NCBI GenBank assembly: GCA_035343375.1
Contig: DAOQYW010000011.1
Span: forward strand, 1,178-65,177
DNA: 64,000 bases
Reading direction: 5' to 3'
Source of the DNA: Bacteroidales bacterium
GTDB taxonomy: Bacteria > Bacteroidota > Bacteroidia > Bacteroidales > ML635J-15
The first letter of the stretch is position 1, and the number at the start of each line of letters is the position of its first letter. Below the pieces are notes generated by a model, which saw only the letters and a program-made list of their open reading frames with translations, ran no database searches and was not told the DNA's origin. Below, piece by piece: positions 8,151 to 17,214 of this stretch. The position numbers and the translations under genes are program-made.

Positions 8151-10856
8151 TTAATAGTGTTCCTGATAAAATTTAAGGTATTCAGCAATGTTCTTATTTT
8201 TCTGCAATTTCACAAAATTCTCAGTAGAAATTACAAAAACTTTATAATCAGTATTTTTCAACTTTGAAAACACATCATCGCTATTGGCAATCATTTTGGA
8301 ATAATTCACCGACTGTCTTTGGTTTTTAAAGGATCTTACGGAGATTAATTCAAAATTACTATCAAATGGATTATTTATTACATTAAAAGTTCTCATACTG
8401 AAATTAAAAATGTTAAAATTTCGAATTTCAAAACTAATACGCTTAATATCAACATCTGCAGATTTTACATAAATTATATAATAATGCTCCGCTAACTCAT
8501 CAAAAACATAAGCTTCAGATATGACTTCTATTCCAAGAGAATCTTTTCCTATTGTAGTGTTTTCTACTACTGTTTCAGGTCGAGACTGCAGATCAGCAAT
8601 CAAAGCCTGAATATCTGTTGTACCAAAATACTGCAAAATATTCTCAGCAGCTCCTGCTAACTCGTGATAAGCATATTTCTGCATAAAACCGACTAATTCA
8701 CCTTTAAACACATCCAAATCCGATGTTCTGCCGACACATAAAACACGTAAAAAATCGAAATTTGGAATAAGATCATTATCAGGATTATTTACAATGAAGG
8801 TTTCGGCAACAGAACTTACCTTTTCATATTTGGCTTTCATGTAGTTATCATAAGTTTCAATATATAACTGTTCATCTTGTCTGCGCTTATTATCCAATTC
8901 CTGTATATAATTTGGATTTTGCAATAGCTTGGCATAATTTGTCTCAGGGAATTTTGATATGACAAGATTTTTGTATTTCTCTGTCTCCGTGTCATTTCCT
9001 ATTAGCTTATTCAATAAATACAAATTGTAATATGATAACAATAAATACTCATTGTTCGGATATCGGTTATTTAAATCTTCATATGCTTCAATAGCTCGTC
9101 TATAGTCCGAAAACCTCTCTTTATATACTCTCCCAACGTTAAATAACGACATTGCAATCCTATCGTTTGATGCATTCATAGCCGAATCTGTAAGAGGAAT
9201 ATCTTGTAAATAATAAGCCCTGTCTTTTACATTAGTGAGCCTTGGGGCAGACGTTCCTGATGCACTGTCAGCATTATTACTTAAATCATCTGAAGCAAAA
9301 TCGGCAATAGCTTTATTTTTTCTTCTCCAGTTATCTTCATTTTTACGACTACCCCATTTCTTTGTAAACTCGTTTTTTCCAAAACTTAATTGAGATGGAT
9401 TATAAAAATACCATTTACCTCCGGCCGGAGCATTTACATTATTTCTTGTATTCCCTCTTTGCTGATCAAACAGCATCGAATTAACATTTTCCTGTTGCTC
9501 AAGCTCTCTTTGAATTCTTTCTTGTTCAATCAAATCCGCTATAATATCATCAATAATTTTATTCCGTTCTTTATCAGACATTCTAGCTAGCTTTTGAACA
9601 CTATCTTCAAATTCAACAACACTTGTAAAACTCACTAATTCATTCAGGTATGAAGAATTTGTTCTGACTTTTTGATAATTTTCGTAAGTAACGGGTAAAA
9701 ATGCCATACAAGTATCGTAATATATCTGAGCATTTTTATAATCATTTCTTGCAAAGTAAATTTCGCCTAACTTAAGGCAAGAAATAGCTTTTTGATAATC
9801 ATTTCCCATGCTGGAAGAAGATGACAACTTATAATTTGTAATCGCTTCGTTTATATTGTTTGCTCTGGCATCAATTTCAGCAATCGCAAAATATATCTGA
9901 TCCAAATATTCTATATTTTTATCATCTCTTAGCATTTTTTTCAAAGTTTTACGAATATCTTTACTGCTCTTTCCCTGATCTACAAAACACTTCGCCATGT
10001 TAATTTTAGCGTTGAATTCCATCTCATAAGAACTGTTTTTCTTTGAAACTATCTCATACATTTCAGAGGCTTTTGTCAAATTGCCTGTTTTTTCATAAAG
10101 CTGAGCGAGTATATAAGTATATCTCAACTTATCTTTTTTCTTCTTTGTATTTTTTATGGCAATTAAAAGCTTTGGAATAGCGTCCTCGTAAAGTTTTTGT
10201 TTTAGTAAAAAATCTGCATATATAACAGAGTATAATCCTTTAAGTTTTTTAGGGAGATCCTTTTGAGCCTCAATAAAATCAAGCATTTCTTTGGCTGATT
10301 TATAATCGCCACTTTCGGCAAATGTTCTTGCCAGATATAAGTTAGCATAATGCCTGCTTTCCAAATTAGGGAATATCCTAACCAAATAATCAAAATTATG
10401 TCTTGCCTGAGTGTAATCACGTTTAATAAAATAAGCTTTCCCCATTAACAAATAACAATCGTCTATCCATTTGTTAAATTCTTTCTGATCAAAAAATTCT
10501 TTATCTTTCTTTGTCATTTGACCCGAATTTTTCATTTCAGGCTTTTTTGTAATAGAATGTATCTTGATCCCTTTAGACGATTTCTGAATGGCCTTATCCA
10601 TTTCGCCTCCGGCTGAGCCTGCAAATTCCTCTTTACTGTCAATAAAAACAGGTAAAATTTCATTGTAGTTATCTGTATTCTGTGATACAATTCGATTTAT
10701 ACCTCTCTTATATGCTTCGTTAGCATTAAAATATATATTATATTTTAGTGTTACATTATGGTATGCACGACTGGTTGAAGTGTTTTTTTCAACAGAACAT
10801 GCACTGAAAATAATCAGTATAATAATTAAAATAAAAATTATGCTCTTTGTTTTCAA
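8151..10856 (-). CDS. porW: TPR-repeat lipoprotein, PorW/SprE-like T9SS component
   Basis: 901 aa. Lipoprotein signal ...IIFSAC. N-terminal motif SRAYHNVTLKYNIYFNANEAYKRG resembles the SprE/PorW N-terminal signature as I recall it. Multiple TPR-like Y/A-rich repeats follow, then a low-complexity N/Q/R-rich central segment. TTG start. The family call rests on motif memory, not a search. Confidence 0.55.
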   Translation of the reverse strand: MKTKSIIFILIIILIIFSACSVEKNTSTSRAYHNVTLKYNIYFNANEAYKRGINRIVSQNTDNYNEILPVFIDSKEEFAGSAGGEMDKAIQKSSKGIKIHSITKKPEMKNSGQMTKKDKEFFDQKEFNKWIDDCYLLMGKAYFIKRDYTQARHNFDYLVRIFPNLESRHYANLYLARTFAESGDYKSAKEMLDFIEAQKDLPKKLKGLYSVIYADFLLKQKLYEDAIPKLLIAIKNTKKKKDKLRYTYILAQLYEKTGNLTKASEMYEIVSKKNSSYEMEFNAKINMAKCFVDQGKSSKDIRKTLKKMLRDDKNIEYLDQIYFAIAEIDARANNINEAITNYKLSSSSSMGNDYQKAISCLKLGEIYFARNDYKNAQIYYDTCMAFLPVTYENYQKVRTNSSYLNELVSFTSVVEFEDSVQKLARMSDKERNKIIDDIIADLIEQERIQRELEQQENVNSMLFDQQRGNTRNNVNAPAGGKWYFYNPSQLSFGKNEFTKKWGSRKNEDNWRRKNKAIADFASDDLSNNADSASGTSAPRLTNVKDRAYYLQDIPLTDSAMNASNDRIAMSLFNVGRVYKERFSDYRRAIEAYEDLNNRYPNNEYLLLSYYNLYLLNKLIGNDTETEKYKNLVISKFPETNYAKLLQNPNYIQELDNKRRQDEQLYIETYDNYMKAKYEKVSSVAETFIVNNPDNDLIPNFDFLRVLCVGRTSDLDVFKGELVGFMQKYAYHELAGAAENILQYFGTTDIQALIADLQSRPETVVENTTIGKDSLGIEVISEAYVFDELAEHYYIIYVKSADVDIKRISFEIRNFNIFNFSMRTFNVINNPFDSNFELISVRSFKNQRQSVNYSKMIANSDDVFSKLKNTDYKVFVISTENFVKLQKNKNIAEYLKFYQEHY

Positions 10857-10918
10857 TTTTTCTTCTTTATTGCTTTGATAACTAAATTTTATCTACTTTA
10901 TTATATTTAACCAAAAGA

Positions 10919-12769
10919 TTATTCAACAGTAACTGATTTTGCAAGATTTCTCGGTTGATCTACATTGCAACCTCTATAAACGGCGATATAATAAGAAAGC
11001 AATTGCAAGGGAACAACAGTAAGTAATGGTGCCAATGCAAAATCGGACTGTGGTACCTCGATAACATAATCTGCCATTTCCTTTATTGTAGTATCACCTT
11101 CAGTTACTATTGCAATAATACATCCCTTACGTGCTTTTACCTCCTGTATGTTTGATACAATTTTGTCGTATGAATGATCTTTTGTTGCTAAAACAATTAC
11201 AGGCATCTTTTCGTCAATAAGAGCTATCGGGCCATGTTTCATTTCTGCAGCAGGGTATCCTTCAGCATGTATGTAAGATATTTCTTTTAACTTTAATGCC
11301 CCTTCTAAAGCTACAGGGAAAAGATAACCTCTTCCAAGATATAAACTGTTTGTTGAATCCTTTATTTTTTCGGCAATGTCTTTAATATGATTTGAAGTAT
11401 TTAGGATTTTTTCAATCTTATCAGGAATTGCATATAATTCACCTATTAAATCTTCAAATTCTTTTTCGGTTAGACCTTGATTAGCCTGTCCAATTGCCAT
11501 TGCCATCATAGTTAGCACGGTAACTTGAGCTGTAAAAGCCTTAGTAGATGCCACCCCAATTTCAGGACCGGCATGTGTATAAACTCCGGCAATAGTTTCG
11601 CGAGGAATACTTGACCCAACAACATTACAAATACCAATAACAATTGCTCCTGCTTTTTTTGCCAGTTGAATTGCAGCTAAAGTATCTGCTGTTTCGCCAC
11701 TTTGACTAATTGCAATAACTAAGTCACCTTTATTAATTACAGGATTCCTGTATCTAAATTCAGATGCATATTCAACCTCTGTAGGTATTCTTGTAAATTC
11801 TTCAAACAAGTATTCTCCGACCAAACCTGCATGCCAACTGGTACCACAGGCAATAATCATTATTCTTTTTGCCTCTTTAAGCTCACTAAATACGTTATGT
11901 AATCCGCCTAATTTAAGATATTTTGATTCAAAATTAAGCCTTCCTCTATATGTATCTCGTATAGCACGCGGTTGCTCATAAATTTCTTTAAGCATATAAT
12001 GCTCGAATCCGTTTTTCTCAATTTCGTCAAGCTTAAGGTCAATTTTTTTGATATTGGGTATCTGTTTTACTTTCTTGAGATTAGTAAGATTAAGACCGTC
12101 CAGTCCAATTACAGCTATATCATCATCGTTAAGATATATAACACTATTTGTATATTCAATAATCGGAGTAGCATCAGAAGCAATAAAATATTCACCCCTT
12201 CCAATACCAATGACAAGTGGACTCCCTTTACGTGCAGCAATTAACTTTTCAGGATTATCTTCGCTCATGATAACAAGTCCATAAGCTCCCTCAACCATAT
12301 TAAGTGCAACTCGCACAGCATCTACACAACTTAGAGAATCTCCATTATTCTGATTATGTAAATAAACATATTCAATCAGATTTGCCAGCACTTCAGTATC
12401 TGTTTCACTTGCAAATTTATACCCTTCCTTTTCGAGACCTGATTTTAGTTTAGCATAATTTTCAATAATCCCATTATGAATTATTACAAATTTCCCATTC
12501 ATAGACTGATGAGGATGAGCGTTGTTATTAGTAGGTTCGCCGTGTGTTGCCCAGCGTGTATGCCCCATCCCCATACAGCCATTTATATTTTTATCTTTTA
12601 ATTGCTCTTCAAGATCAGACACCTTTCCTTTGCATTTGTATATCCTGAAACTATCCCCACTAAAAGCAACTCCTGCCGAATCGTAGCCTCTGTACTCAAG
12701 TCTTTTTAGACCTTTTATCAGCACTTCGCAAGCCTGCCTTTTACCTATATAACCAACTATTCCACACAT
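10919..12769 (-). CDS. glmS: Glutamine--fructose-6-phosphate aminotransferase (isomerizing)
   Basis: 616 aa. N-terminal nucleophile MCGIVGYIG, GHTRWATHG, two SIS domains, and C-terminal ...NLAKSVTVE. Confidence 0.95.
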   Translation of the reverse strand: MCGIVGYIGKRQACEVLIKGLKRLEYRGYDSAGVAFSGDSFRIYKCKGKVSDLEEQLKDKNINGCMGMGHTRWATHGEPTNNNAHPHQSMNGKFVIIHNGIIENYAKLKSGLEKEGYKFASETDTEVLANLIEYVYLHNQNNGDSLSCVDAVRVALNMVEGAYGLVIMSEDNPEKLIAARKGSPLVIGIGRGEYFIASDATPIIEYTNSVIYLNDDDIAVIGLDGLNLTNLKKVKQIPNIKKIDLKLDEIEKNGFEHYMLKEIYEQPRAIRDTYRGRLNFESKYLKLGGLHNVFSELKEAKRIMIIACGTSWHAGLVGEYLFEEFTRIPTEVEYASEFRYRNPVINKGDLVIAISQSGETADTLAAIQLAKKAGAIVIGICNVVGSSIPRETIAGVYTHAGPEIGVASTKAFTAQVTVLTMMAMAIGQANQGLTEKEFEDLIGELYAIPDKIEKILNTSNHIKDIAEKIKDSTNSLYLGRGYLFPVALEGALKLKEISYIHAEGYPAAEMKHGPIALIDEKMPVIVLATKDHSYDKIVSNIQEVKARKGCIIAIVTEGDTTIKEMADYVIEVPQSDFALAPLLTVVPLQLLSYYIAVYRGCNVDQPRNLAKSVTVE

Positions 12770-12775
12770 AAATAA

Positions 12776-14038
12776 CTAATATTTAGAATAATACAATTCA
12801 AGTTTCATACTCTTGTCCGAATTATCATTTGCATGTATTACGGAACGATATGGTTTGGTCCTGTTATCAACTGCAAATAAATATATTCCATAGTCATCAT
12901 TCCCATTTATCAACTCCTGAATATGGAAAGGAATGTTAAAAATATATGTATATTCATCAGATAATAAGCTGCCTCCAAAATACAAATTATTTACCTTATA
13001 GTCAGTAATAAAATCGTATTTGCCACTTTCAAGAATTGCGACTAAAGTCATTTTGGGAGGAGGCGAAAATAAATCTTCGTCTGTTCCGGATTTAATAGTA
13101 ATTTTCAACTGAGCTTTATTAATTACAATATTTGTTGAATCAAAAAGTGTTTGTAAATCCGGAAATTTTATTTTTGTTTTCAGACCTCCCATACTTTGTA
13201 CGTAGCAATAATCATACAGTGCAGTAGTATCGTTTAATGCTTCCTGAATCTCAGGCAAAGCAGAACTGTAATCATGTTCAAACATATTAATAATTGCTGA
13301 TTTTGAATTTATATAAAAATTATAAACAGCAGAATCGTTGTAATACAATGCCATTTTAGAATTCGCGTCAACAAGATTCAGGCTAAAAATACAACCCCCT
13401 GTTGTTAAATTATCGGTTGTAATATAAAATCCTTTAAAGAAATCGATAAATGTAGTATTATCAACAAAATGTGATGAATTTGCATCATTCACAAAACTTT
13501 CCGCAAGGGATAAAGGCAATTCAATAGTCATAATACTATCTGCCTCATTGAAACTCATAGGCGTTGAGCATAAAATTTCATATTCTGATGGTGCCAAAGA
13601 AAATTCAGAATAATATACTGAATCAATATAAATATCCTTTTTCAATCTGTAAACATTTACCATTTGCGTAGCAGAGGGATCGCCATAGAAAGAGGTGTAT
13701 TTCAGATGCAACTTTAATGAATTAATTACCTGAACTGTATCAAAATTAACATTATTTGATGAAATTCTAGCCTGACAAACAAAACTGGCTTTTGAGAAAC
13801 CAAATATCGGGTCATTATAAGAACCTAAAGGCGATAACGTTCTTTCATCAGTTGAAATATTATCATCTCTTACAGTATAACAATCAACGCCAATCGTATC
13901 TTTAAATAATAGTATTTTATCACTTCCAGGGATAATTCCTAAACCTATTTCAGAATCATCTTCATTGCATGAATAGAAACCCAAACACAGTAGTAAAAAA
14001 GAGGTCAGTAAAATGTAAAATTGAGAATTTTTTTTCAT
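12776..14038 (-). CDS. Conserved Bacteroidota lipoprotein of unknown function (DUF4270-like)
   Basis: 420 aa with lipobox LGFYSC. It sits between a short glycogen-synthase-like gene and glmS, a synteny I recall for DUF4270 proteins. Its start overlaps the upstream stop as TAATG. Confidence 0.45.
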   Translation of the reverse strand: MKKNSQFYILLTSFLLLCLGFYSCNEDDSEIGLGIIPGSDKILLFKDTIGVDCYTVRDDNISTDERTLSPLGSYNDPIFGFSKASFVCQARISSNNVNFDTVQVINSLKLHLKYTSFYGDPSATQMVNVYRLKKDIYIDSVYYSEFSLAPSEYEILCSTPMSFNEADSIMTIELPLSLAESFVNDANSSHFVDNTTFIDFFKGFYITTDNLTTGGCIFSLNLVDANSKMALYYNDSAVYNFYINSKSAIINMFEHDYSSALPEIQEALNDTTALYDYCYVQSMGGLKTKIKFPDLQTLFDSTNIVINKAQLKITIKSGTDEDLFSPPPKMTLVAILESGKYDFITDYKVNNLYFGGSLLSDEYTYIFNIPFHIQELINGNDDYGIYLFAVDNRTKPYRSVIHANDNSDKSMKLELYYSKY

Positions 14039-14850
14039 TAAAATTTATTTGCTATTAGTTTGTCATAAAATTCATTGTATTTATCAATATAATTTTCCTG
14101 ACTTTGAGGTTTCAAAAATGGCTTATTACAAGTTTCGACATACTCACGTATCTCATTATTAACTTTGCTCGAACCTAGAATAATCCCATCCGCATTATCT
14201 ACTGCAAATTTAGTCAGATTCTTCCAGTCCGGTGTAGTAAGTAATTCCAAATCTTCCGGGAATACTCCATTTTCCAATAGTTTTTGAGACAAATCCGGAT
14301 TTAGGGGTTTAGAAAACTCATCATTATATACAGAATAAATAACTTTAAAATTATTATCAAACAATGGATCATTGCGATATATTTTCTTCATATAAAAAGG
14401 TACCAAAGCAGTAAACCATCCATGACAATGAATTACATCGGGAGCCCAACCCAGCTTTTTAACTGTTTCGATAACACCCCTTGAATAAAAAATTGCTCTT
14501 TCGTCATTGTCCTTAAATTCTCTGTCTTTTTCCGACAATGCAAATTTGCGACTAAAAAAATCTTCGTTATCAATAAAGTAAACTTGCATTCTTGCAGGCT
14601 GAATTGAAGCTACTTTGATAACCAAAGGATGATCGGTATCATTAATAACAAGATTCATCCCGCTTAATCTAATCACCTCATGCAATTGATTTCTTCTTTC
14701 ATTAATACTACCGAATTTGGGTAAAAATGTTCGGATCTCCCTGTCACGCTCTTGTATCCCTTGCGGTAAAAACCTGCCTATTAACGACATTTCTGTCTCA
14801 GGTAAATAAGGCGTAATTTCCTGGGTTACATACAGAACTTTCAATTTCAT
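14038..14850 (-). CDS. Short glycogen/starch synthase-like protein (N-terminal Glyco_transf_5-type domain only)
   Basis: 270 aa. MKLKVLYVTQEITPY..., DVIHCHGWFTALVP. It lacks the C-terminal GT1 half of full-length GlgA. Confidence 0.7.
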   Translation of the reverse strand: MKLKVLYVTQEITPYLPETEMSLIGRFLPQGIQERDREIRTFLPKFGSINERRNQLHEVIRLSGMNLVINDTDHPLVIKVASIQPARMQVYFIDNEDFFSRKFALSEKDREFKDNDERAIFYSRGVIETVKKLGWAPDVIHCHGWFTALVPFYMKKIYRNDPLFDNNFKVIYSVYNDEFSKPLNPDLSQKLLENGVFPEDLELLTTPDWKNLTKFAVDNADGIILGSSKVNNEIREYVETCNKPFLKPQSQENYIDKYNEFYDKLIANKF

Positions 14851-14885
14851 ATTTTAATTACTAAATCCATAAATATTTAAGGACA

Positions 14886-14893
14886 CAAAAATA
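14886..14893 (-). promoter_or_regulatory. Candidate -7 box (TATTTTTG) for the glycogen-synthase-like/DUF4270/glmS gene string
   Basis: The minus strand reads TATTTTTG (TAnnTTTG), 35 nt upstream of the ATG at 14850, in the divergent intergenic region shared with panC. Confidence 0.3.
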
Positions 14894-15034
14894 TAAAAAA
14901 AATTTAATATATCCGAACAAGCTTTATAAACGATTTTTTAACTCGTTTATTATTTTTAATATTTTTTCTTTTTTTATAGTCAACAAAAAGATTGACTTTC
15001 TGTTAAATATTGATAAATTCGCAAAAAAAATTGT

Positions 15035-15880
15035 ATGAAAATCATTAGAAAGGTTAGTGATATAATAAAGTTCAGAGAACAAGAGTTGAAAAATCTAAGC
15101 ATAGGATTTGTACCAACAATGGGAGCTTTGCACACCGGACACATTTCTTTAGTTGAGAAATCGGTTAGAGAAAATAATTATACCATAGTCTCAATTTTTG
15201 TAAATCCTAAACAATTTAACGACAAAAACGATTTTATTAATTACCCCGTTACAATTGAAAAAGATTTGGAAATGCTTGAAAAATCAAAATGTAATCTTGT
15301 ATTTATTCCTGATAGTGAAGATATTTATAACAATTATACCGGTTTTCGGATGGATTTTGACGGGCTTGACAAATTATATGAAGGAGAATTCAGACCTGGC
15401 CATTTTCAAGGGGTTGTTGACATTGTTTACCGATTATTTGAAATAGTAAAACCACATAACAGTTATTTTGGAGAAAAAGACTTTCAGCAATTAGCTATAA
15501 TAAAATTAATGGTAAGCAAATCTAATCTTACGCTAAATATTATTCCTTGTGCAACTGTTCGTGAAGAAAGCGGGCTAGCTATGAGCTCTAGAAATGAAAG
15601 ACTTAGTGCTGAAGAAAGAAAAAATGCATCAAAAATATTTGAAGTTTTAAATAGCGTTAAAAATTCTATGAAAATTGATGATTCTCCTGAAAAATTAATA
15701 AATAAAATATCAGAAGAAATAAATCTAAATCCATTTTTAAAGACCGAATATGTCGCATTTTGCGATCCCACAACACTGAAACCGGTTTTTTCTTTTTCTC
15801 AAAATTCAGTTGTAAGACTGTGTGTAGCTGTTTGGTGTGGAAAAATTCGATTAATTGATAATATTAGTTTGGAGTTTTAA
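15035..15880 (+). CDS. panC: Pantoate--beta-alanine ligase
   Basis: 281 aa. GFVPTMGALHTGHISL, FVNPKQF, GEKDFQQ, and MSSRN motifs. Confidence 0.95.
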   Translation: MKIIRKVSDIIKFREQELKNLSIGFVPTMGALHTGHISLVEKSVRENNYTIVSIFVNPKQFNDKNDFINYPVTIEKDLEMLEKSKCNLVFIPDSEDIYNNYTGFRMDFDGLDKLYEGEFRPGHFQGVVDIVYRLFEIVKPHNSYFGEKDFQQLAIIKLMVSKSNLTLNIIPCATVREESGLAMSSRNERLSAEERKNASKIFEVLNSVKNSMKIDDSPEKLINKISEEINLNPFLKTEYVAFCDPTTLKPVFSFSQNSVVRLCVAVWCGKIRLIDNISLEF

Positions 15881-15923
15881 ATAAGTATTGTTTAACTTTG
15901 CAGCAGTTTTTAGTTTAAGAATT

Positions 15924-16274
15924 ATGAATATAGAAATAGTTAAGTCAAAAATTCATAAAGTAAGAGTAACCGAAGCAAATCTGCAATATGTCGGAAGCAT
16001 TACTATTGATGAGGACTTGATGAAAGCAGCAAACATAATTGAACACGAGAAAGTTCAGGTCGTTAACATTAATAATGGCGAACGTTTAGAAACCTATGTA
16101 ATTAAAGGGGCTTCAGGTTCAGGTATAATTTGTCTTAATGGTCCCGCAGCAAGAAAAGTTGCTGTTGATGATATTGTCATAATAATATCCTACGCATCAA
16201 TGGATTTTGAAGAGGCTAAAACGTTTAAACCTACATTCATATTTCCTGATACTCAGACTAATCGCTTGATATAA
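15924..16274 (+). CDS. panD: Aspartate 1-decarboxylase
   Basis: [33 protein letters not shown]... includes the self-processing G-S site in YVGSITID. I place the start at ATG 15924 rather than the TTG at 15888 given in the ORF track. Confidence 0.9.
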   Translation: MNIEIVKSKIHKVRVTEANLQYVGSITIDEDLMKAANIIEHEKVQVVNINNGERLETYVIKGASGSGIICLNGPAARKVAVDDIVIIISYASMDFEEAKTFKPTFIFPDTQTNRLI

Positions 16275-16765
16275 TGTATTATTTAAATTTAATACAGTCA
16301 AAAATATTTTCACGGGATCAGCTATCCAAATCAGTTCTAAATTGGAAAAATGAAAACAAGAAAATTGTTTTTACTAACGGTTGTTTTGATTTAATCCACA
16401 AAGGACATATTGAATATTTAGCAGCTGCAAAAGACTTTGGTGATAAATTAATTATCGGGCTGAATTCAGACAATTCAGTAAAAAGACTTAAGGGAGATTT
16501 AAGACCAATTAATAATCAGGAAGCGAGAGCATTACTTCTTGCATCATTAATTTTTACTGACGCTATTGTCATTTTTGATGAAGACACTCCCGAAGAAATA
16601 ATAAAATTGTATTCGCCGGATGTTTTAGTTAAAGGGGGAGACTATCAGTACAATGAAATAGTTGGTGCCGACCATGTGATTAACTATGGGGGTAAAGTAG
16701 AAATAATACCATTAGTAGAAGGATATTCTTCAACCAATATTATTAAAAATATTTCCAAAAAATAA
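16274..16765 (+). CDS. Cytidylyltransferase-family protein, RfaE domain II-like (D-beta-D-heptose 1-phosphate adenylyltransferase)
   Basis: 163 aa. FTNGCFDLIHKGHIEYL nucleotidyltransferase motif, and VKGGDY. The start overlaps the panD stop as TAATG. Confidence 0.8.
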   Translation: MYYLNLIQSKIFSRDQLSKSVLNWKNENKKIVFTNGCFDLIHKGHIEYLAAAKDFGDKLIIGLNSDNSVKRLKGDLRPINNQEARALLLASLIFTDAIVIFDEDTPEEIIKLYSPDVLVKGGDYQYNEIVGADHVINYGGKVEIIPLVEGYSSTNIIKNISKK

Positions 16766-16804
16766 AATTTAATTATATTTGTGAAAATTAAAACAAATTA
16801 ATAA

Positions 16805-17212
16805 ATGAAAATAGGAAGCATCATTTTAGTAATAATTTCAACATTTATATTAATGACAGGCTGCACTAATGTTGCTGATGAAATTGTTGGGACCTGGGAA
16901 TATCAGACTTTTGACACCCAACCCTCAGGCACAATTTTATGTACTTTTGATGACAGCGGAAATATGGTTAGAATGGCTACCTATGGAGATAGCCTTTATA
17001 TTGACTCATGTGAATATATAATTGACAACTCAATTTTAAAGAAAAAAATGACAATTACAGGAAGTGTTAAATTTTTTGGTCTTCCTCCTTTAGATGGTTT
17101 ATACAGAATTGACAAGTTTAAAGATGATATATTAATAATGACGAGATTTCGCTTACCAAACGATGAAAAAGCAGGTGCTTACCTAAGAGTCGAAATGATA
17201 CGTAAAAACTAA
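16805..17212 (+). CDS. Small lipoprotein, unknown function (lipocalin-like by composition)
   Basis: 135 aa with lipobox LMTGC and a GTWEY motif common in lipocalin-like Bacteroidota lipoproteins. Confidence 0.45.
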   Translation: MKIGSIILVIISTFILMTGCTNVADEIVGTWEYQTFDTQPSGTILCTFDDSGNMVRMATYGDSLYIDSCEYIIDNSILKKKMTITGSVKFFGLPPLDGLYRIDKFKDDILIMTRFRLPNDEKAGAYLRVEMIRKN

Positions 17213-17214
17213 TT

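Noticed and set aside
3510-10856. Apparent GTG/TTG start codons on the receptor, the small His-rich ORF, porX, porW (and elsewhere the GT at 34137 and truA) as something unusual
   Set aside because: No in-frame ATG is available near these N-termini, and each start is followed by a plausible signal peptide or conserved N-terminus. Non-ATG starts are common enough that this is an annotation note, not a finding.
12770-12775. glmS ribozyme upstream of glmS
   Set aside because: Only 6 nt separate glmS from the upstream CDS, so there is no room for the ribozyme. That element is in any case characteristic of Gram-positive bacteria.
15888-15923. N-terminal extension of panD from a TTG start
   Set aside because: The canonical PanD N-terminus (M-x-x-x-x-x-KSKIH) begins at ATG 15924.
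16272-16276. TAATG stop/start overlap joining panD to the RfaE-II-like adenylyltransferase as a functional link
   Set aside because: The same compaction occurs at several unrelated junctions in this window (14038, 42146). It most likely reflects genome compactness rather than a pathway connection.
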